A DNA stretch of 64,000 nucleotides, taken from positions 1 to 64,000 of IMG/VR virus record IMGVR_UViG_3300020508_000005; one strand, written 5' to 3'. Below the pieces are notes generated by a model. That model had not been told where the DNA came from. It made no database searches and saw only the letters and a list, made by a program, of their open reading frames with translations. This DNA is from a virus. Lineage: Duplodnaviria; Caudoviricetes. The translations under genes were made by a program, and so were the position numbers. How positions within the stretch are numbered: position 1 is the stretch's first letter; each line of letters starts with the position of its first letter. This document shows, in pieces, positions 59,064-64,000 of this stretch.

Positions 59064-59323
59064 TATTTCATTTTTAGTGTTGATGCTTCATAAGTCACAC
59101 TTTCAATTATATGTTTAATTTCAGTTGGAAACTCATCATCAAATATATCGCAGATATTTTCTAAATTTAATTCTCTTTCAATTTTAAATATCATGTCTAT
59201 TAGATCAAAAGAATCAAAATTTAAATCTTTCACTACATCCATATTTTCATCTATAGACTTCACCTCAATAGCGGCAATGTCCGCTATAATTTTCATTATA
59301 GATTCACTTGTATTTATTGACAT
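59063..59323 (-). CDS. Acyl carrier protein
   Basis: DLNFDSFDLIDMI phosphopantetheine site; small and acidic. Confidence 0.8.
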   Translation of the reverse strand: MSINTSESIMKIIADIAAIEVKSIDENMDVVKDLNFDSFDLIDMIFKIERELNLENICDIFDDEFPTEIKHIIESVTYEASTLKMK

Positions 59324-59327
59324 ATTT

Positions 59328-59879
59328 TTATGAAAACCAAAAATTGCGATCTGTTTGGTTTAATAAATCGCCCAAAAGCATTATGACCCAATCTTTGTAA
59401 TGAATTCTGTAAGTGAATATAGATTCATCAAGAGGTGCTAAATCACTTAAAAGTATCATAGCTAGCCACGGCTTTCTTGAACGTTTCCAGCATATTAAAG
59501 GCTTGCGTCCACAGTAGCTTGCGTCACGCTGTGACTGCTCGATAAACGTGTCTATACGAGATATACCATCATTAAACAAAGCGTTTAAGTCTATGTCATC
59601 CTCATAGCCACCTTTAGATTCAATCACCCATTTGAATTTTTCTGGAACACACACATCACCTGTAAGGGTTTTCTTAGCGTGCTCTGGCAAAAAAGAAACT
59701 TGACTCCATCTTGCACCTGATCCGGGGGCCTTAGAAAATTCTTCTCCAAAGTGGTCGCTTAGTAGTTTGCAAAGCTGAAGTTCCGTTCGGTTTCCTTTTG
59801 CTTTTCCATCGACTTTTTTCTTATTCGTTTTTTGCTTGCTATCAAACAAGTTTTCAATTTGCAGGTCTTTATCATCCAT
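59328..59879 (-). CDS. Holliday junction resolvase (PD-(D/E)XK)
   Basis: KAKGNRTE, PGSGA, GDV, IESK. Confidence 0.8.
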   Translation of the reverse strand: MDDKDLQIENLFDSKQKTNKKKVDGKAKGNRTELQLCKLLSDHFGEEFSKAPGSGARWSQVSFLPEHAKKTLTGDVCVPEKFKWVIESKGGYEDDIDLNALFNDGISRIDTFIEQSQRDASYCGRKPLICWKRSRKPWLAMILLSDLAPLDESIFTYRIHYKDWVIMLLGDLLNQTDRNFWFS

Positions 59880-59887
59880 GTGGCTCC

Positions 59888-61108
59888 TTAATTTTGAACT
59901 AACCTCAAAGTTCCCTTCAAATCGTCTTTTATTTGATTCAAGCTTTGTAATACAGAATCATATCTTTCAACGTCCATAGATCCTTCACTAATCAGGTTGC
60001 CCATGGTTACTTCAATATCTTTAGTGATTCTTCCAATATCAAAACACGAATCTTCGTAATCTATCGAACTAAATTTATCTAAATCAGAAACTTCAAAATT
60101 ATCATCTTTTTTCCAAAGATCAAAGTCGTTTTCGTACTCATCTAATGTAGTATTGCCCTTAGGTTTTTTAAATGTTTTGATTTCATCATCTTCATCTAAA
60201 TTTGAAACAATTTCAAAATCTGCCTTGGCAGGTTTAATTTCTTTGTATGAGCCTATTTCGAACTCTTTTCCCGAATCATAAACCTTTAATTGAAATCTAT
60301 AAATGTCCGAATCTTGAATGTGACCGCTAGAATGATTAAGAGAAAAATACCAAGCTTGACGCGAAGGCAATTCAATTAGCTTGGTTGAATTAAAGCATAG
60401 ATTTTGTAATTGTGGGTTAAATAATAGAGCTTTACTCCATATGTCTGGAGTTGAAAAGAAAAATATTTGTCCTAGTAAATCACGTAAATCTACTAACCAC
60501 AATGGTCGTTTTTCATTTCTAAAAAGAAATAGCCCTCTTTCATCATAGCTAATTCTTTCACCCAAAGCAACTGCCATAGCACCTTGAGATATATGCGACC
60601 ATATATCTTTAATTCCATTCAATCTAGAAGTGATTTCAGGCGAGATATTTTCTAATGGATTTTCTTGTGAATCCATTCCATGTTCATAGATTCGCAACAA
60701 ACACTCAGAGTCTGTTTGAGATAATGTTTGATATTTGCTTTTAAGATATTCTGCCTCATCAATATTTCCATTATGGACCATGCCTATTCTTTTATCAACG
60801 CTGACGAAAGGGTGATTGTTCGCATTTACATTCGCATTTCCGCCTTGGCTTGAAGTTGCTCTCGCATGAATCAAAACAGTGTCTGTTTTGATTTTCTTTA
60901 GCCTTTGCCAAAAAGGATCTTTAATAAATTTACTAGAACGAATAGGCTCTTTGTGATACAGAACGCGACCTTTTCCACCATGTTCAGTAGCCCATACTCC
61001 CGATGCGTCAAAACCTCGGGTTTCAAGAAAATCAAACAAAGCGGTAATTAGTTCAAAACTCGTCTTAGGCTTTTTAGAAGCACCAATATAACCAGCAATT
61101 CCACACAT
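59888..61108 (-). CDS. Class II glutamine amidotransferase
   Basis: MCGIAG, RG.DASG, HARAT, NNHPF, HNG, TDSE. Confidence 0.9.
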   Translation of the reverse strand: MCGIAGYIGASKKPKTSFELITALFDFLETRGFDASGVWATEHGGKGRVLYHKEPIRSSKFIKDPFWQRLKKIKTDTVLIHARATSSQGGNANVNANNHPFVSVDKRIGMVHNGNIDEAEYLKSKYQTLSQTDSECLLRIYEHGMDSQENPLENISPEITSRLNGIKDIWSHISQGAMAVALGERISYDERGLFLFRNEKRPLWLVDLRDLLGQIFFFSTPDIWSKALLFNPQLQNLCFNSTKLIELPSRQAWYFSLNHSSGHIQDSDIYRFQLKVYDSGKEFEIGSYKEIKPAKADFEIVSNLDEDDEIKTFKKPKGNTTLDEYENDFDLWKKDDNFEVSDLDKFSSIDYEDSCFDIGRITKDIEVTMGNLISEGSMDVERYDSVLQSLNQIKDDLKGTLRLVQN

Positions 61109-61126
61109 TTTAAGTCTCCAAGGTTC

Positions 61127-61155
61127 AGTATATCTTTTATTTCCTTGTTAAGCAA
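61127..61155 (-). promoter_or_regulatory. sigma70-like promoter
   Basis: TTGCTT-N17-TATACT upstream of the GATase. Confidence 0.6.
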
Positions 61156-61173
61156 GGCTTATAAAAGAATTTG

Positions 61174-61722
61174 CTACATCATAAGGCTGGCATCTAAACC
61201 TCCAGTAGGAGGCATTTCTGTCTGTGAGGTCATTTGATCCAAAGGTTGATTTCCTTGAGGTTGCCCTTGAGGCTGTCCTTGTATTTGTTGAGGTTTCTTT
61301 TTCGAAAAATCAGGCTGTTCTCCAGTAGATTGAAACTCTTCTGGAGATATATTAGAACTATCTTGTGTCTCTGGGGCATTTAAATTATTTACTTTAACTC
61401 CCAATCTTCCTGATAAGTTTGATAGAGCACTTAAGGCTGCTGGAATAACTTGCTTCAAATCGCCTCTATCCTCTATAGTTTTTTGAATAGCAACTGCAAT
61501 TTTTTGCAATTCCTTAAGCTGATTATTGTACTTAGGATTCCAATGTTGATGTAAAATCAATCTAATTTGATTTACTATTTCCTCTGATAAACGAGATAGT
61601 TGTCTAGATCCTAAATTGTCAACATCGCTTTGAAAGTTTTGTAAAGACGATAGCACATTGCCAACCTTCTTTCCAAGATAGCTTTTTTCTTCATTAAGTA
61701 AAAAAGTACTAAATTTTTCCAT
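61174..61722 (-). CDS. Hypothetical with capsid-targeting-like leader
   Basis: MEKFSTFLLNEE; Gln-rich tail. Confidence 0.65.
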   Translation of the reverse strand: MEKFSTFLLNEEKSYLGKKVGNVLSSLQNFQSDVDNLGSRQLSRLSEEIVNQIRLILHQHWNPKYNNQLKELQKIAVAIQKTIEDRGDLKQVIPAALSALSNLSGRLGVKVNNLNAPETQDSSNISPEEFQSTGEQPDFSKKKPQQIQGQPQGQPQGNQPLDQMTSQTEMPPTGGLDASLMM

Positions 61723-61723
61723 A

Positions 61724-63313
61724 TTATTTACCTATAGCAGCCGCTTTGATTAATCCGTCAAATAAAGGTGCTGGATCACCCAATCTACTTTTAAATTCAG
61801 GATGAGCTTGAGTGCCTACAAAATAAGGGTGCACTTCCTTTTTTAATTCCATCATTTCTACAAGACCACTTTCTGGATTCCTACCAGAAACGATGAAGCC
61901 TTCTTTTGCATACCTATCTGTATATTCTCCATTAACTTCTAAGCGGTGACGATGCCTTTCACTAATTAGCTTTTTCTTATATAGGTCACGAACAATCGTA
62001 TCTTTTTCTAGTTCGCAGTCATAAGCTCCTAATCGCATGGTCCCAGATTTCTTTAAATTAGATGTTTGACCATGAATGAAATGTATCACAGGCTCTTCTG
62101 TTTTGGAATCAAACTCCTGACTATTGGCGGATTTAATGCCTAAGACATTTTGAGCAAATTCAATAACAGCACATTGAAGACCTAAACATATACCTAAGAA
62201 AGGTATTTTGTTTTCCCTGCAATATCGAATCGCTGCAATTTTTGTGTCAACGCCACGTTTGTCAAATCCGCCCGGCACAATTATGCCATCTAGACCTTGT
62301 AAGTCATCTGTAGTCCAAGAGTCTGTTGTGAGCCATTTAATTTTTACTTTTACGTTGTTGTTTACGGCGGCATGCACCAAAGCTTCTTTCATACTCAAAT
62401 AAGCTTCATCACAATTATCATACTTTCCAACAAGTCCAATATTCACTACTGGCCAATTATGCCCATTTATGTAGTTTTCAACTAGATCACGATATTTGTG
62501 TATGCGACACATGGATCTTTTTAGACCAAACTTACTTGCTATCAAATCATCAACATGCCTCTTATAAAATTCAATTGGCACTTGATAAATTGTTGGAACG
62601 TCAGGGGCTTCAAAAACTGATTCTCTTGGAACGAATGTAAGACGAGCAACTTTATCCAGCATTTTTGGTGGAAGCTCTTCTTCGCAACGACAAAGCAACA
62701 TATCGCAATGCAAACCGCAACTGCGTAAAGCCCTCACAGCATTTTGTAAAGGTTTAGTTTTAAGCTCTTTTACAGTATTGTTAATAATAATAGGGGCCAC
62801 CATAACGATCATAACATCATTTGGATACTGATGTTTGAATTGAGCAATAGCCTCATACATCCCAGCACTTTCGTAATCGCCTACCGTTCCACCAATCTCT
62901 GCTATGACAATGTCAAAGTTTTCGCCAAGCTTCAAAAGCTTATTTTGTATTTTATCGGTGACATGTGGGACAATCTGAACAGTCTCGCCCAAGTATTCCC
63001 CACGCTCCTCTTCAGCCAAAACTTCTTGATACAATTTACCATTAGTAAATATGTTATTGCCTGTCATGGTTACGCCAGTTAATCGTTCATAGTGACCTAG
63101 ATCTAAGTCTGTCTCAGATCCGTCGTCACATAGATAAACCTCTCCATGTTGCCGTGGATTCATCGTTCCTGCGTTAATATTTAAGTAAGGATCGCATTTG
63201 ATTAAGGTGACGTTTTCTCCACGCATTTTCATGAGAAAAGCTATAGAAGCCGCACTAATTCCTTTTCCGGTGCCGCTGTAAACACCCCCAACTACAACAA
63301 TAAATTTTGCCAC
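61724..63313 (-). CDS. pyrG: CTP synthase
   Basis: GGV.SG.GKG, DPYLN, DLDLGHYER, KTKP.Q, GICLG, HRHR, HPEF. Confidence 0.97.
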   Translation of the reverse strand: MAKFIVVVGGVYSGTGKGISAASIAFLMKMRGENVTLIKCDPYLNINAGTMNPRQHGEVYLCDDGSETDLDLGHYERLTGVTMTGNNIFTNGKLYQEVLAEEERGEYLGETVQIVPHVTDKIQNKLLKLGENFDIVIAEIGGTVGDYESAGMYEAIAQFKHQYPNDVMIVMVAPIIINNTVKELKTKPLQNAVRALRSCGLHCDMLLCRCEEELPPKMLDKVARLTFVPRESVFEAPDVPTIYQVPIEFYKRHVDDLIASKFGLKRSMCRIHKYRDLVENYINGHNWPVVNIGLVGKYDNCDEAYLSMKEALVHAAVNNNVKVKIKWLTTDSWTTDDLQGLDGIIVPGGFDKRGVDTKIAAIRYCRENKIPFLGICLGLQCAVIEFAQNVLGIKSANSQEFDSKTEEPVIHFIHGQTSNLKKSGTMRLGAYDCELEKDTIVRDLYKKKLISERHRHRLEVNGEYTDRYAKEGFIVSGRNPESGLVEMMELKKEVHPYFVGTQAHPEFKSRLGDPAPLFDGLIKAAAIGK

Positions 63314-63395
63314 TATTCTTTCCTTTCAATCATTCGGTTTTTTTATTTAGCATTCTCAAAGCCATTGCTTACAAAAAACCTCCCCTAGATTTATT

Positions 63396-63424
63396 ATCGT
63401 AAGGGAGGCTTAATAAATTTGCAA
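63396..63424 (-). promoter_or_regulatory. sigma70-like promoter overlapping a terminator hairpin
   Basis: TTGCAA-N17-TACGAT upstream of pyrG. Confidence 0.5.
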
Positions 63425-63446
63425 GCAGTTCTATGTTGAAAAGAAG

Positions 63447-64000
63447 TTATGCGAATTGCGTATCGCATTTTCCGCCAGAACATGCCCACTCTTGGGCCTG
63501 TTTCGTATTGTCTTGCTCTTCTACCATTTCAGTATAGTCTACATCTTTATATTCACGACGCAAATCACACCAATATTTCCAATTTGAAACATCCTTGAGG
63601 CAATAAGTCATTTCTTTGAAATTGCCACCAAAATAACGTTCTGCAAATTGCTTGGCTCTACGCACCCAATCAACTTTCAAAGACCAATCTAAAACGACAG
63701 CAAAATGCTCATTTGCTTCTTCTTGAGAATCCCAAGTATCTTCATGTGCAATAACCTTTTTAATTTTTTCTTGTTCTACTGGTGTTTCAATTCCAGTTCC
63801 GTAAATCACAGCATCGCAAGCCTTCCATAAATTGTTATTAAACGCCTCCAAACCATCTACAATCAATCCAGAGGCCATCAAGCTTCCATCGCCATACATC
63901 TTGGCGATCTCAACAGGAGTATGAATGGCGGTAAAAGGTGCTTGTGGATAGTCTTTATCACCGCTTATTGAAAGCAAAGATACGCCGCAAAAATGTTGAC
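63447..64000 (-). CDS. Ribonucleotide reductase large subunit, C-terminal part (starts beyond the window)
   Basis: GVSLL..GDKDYPQAPF and C-terminal redox pair ACSGGKC. Confidence 0.8.
   Translation of the reverse strand, partial: QHFCGVSLLSISGDKDYPQAPFTAIHTPVEIAKMYGDGSLMASGLIVDGLEAFNNNLWKACDAVIYGTGIETPVEQEKIKKVIAHEDTWDSQEEANEHFAVVLDWSLKVDWVRRAKQFAERYFGGNFKEMTYCLKDVSNWKYWCDLRREYKDVDYTEMVEEQDNTKQAQEWACSGGKCDTQFA

Noticed and set aside
1-64000. Genome-wide TAG recoding (code 15)
   Set aside because: Long genes are intact in code 11 and several end at TAG at expected C-termini.

Overview
The window is part of a large lytic myovirus (huge/jumbo-phage type, distantly T4-like), read in the standard bacterial code (TAG is a real stop). 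It holds morphogenesis genes (neck gp13-like, head-closure gp14-like, tail terminator gp15-like, tail sheath, four tandem tail-tube paralogues, gp26/gp51-like hub pair, a >890-aa 20-residue-repeat fibre protein), a gp55-like late sigma factor, many glycosyltransferase/sugar-nucleotide genes, nucleotide metabolism (PyrG, RNR C-terminus) and host-like auxiliary genes (IscA, thioredoxin, McsA, ACP, S8 and M16 peptidases). Most notable: (1) a co-oriented block RNA ligase - Thg1 - amber-suppressor tRNA(CUA) - pncB - nadE - nadD, a complete nicotinate-to-NAD route distinct from NARP1/NARP2, with the pncB TAG in frame with nadE; (2) a duplicated divergent module of a double-HTH regulator and a small virion subunit, where both regulators end in a copy of the G-x-A-x5-Y motif of the fibre repeat; (3) proteins with T4-like capsid-targeting leaders; (4) a candidate -1 frameshift in the hub/chaperone gene. 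All protein calls are from motif recognition by eye; no searches were run.
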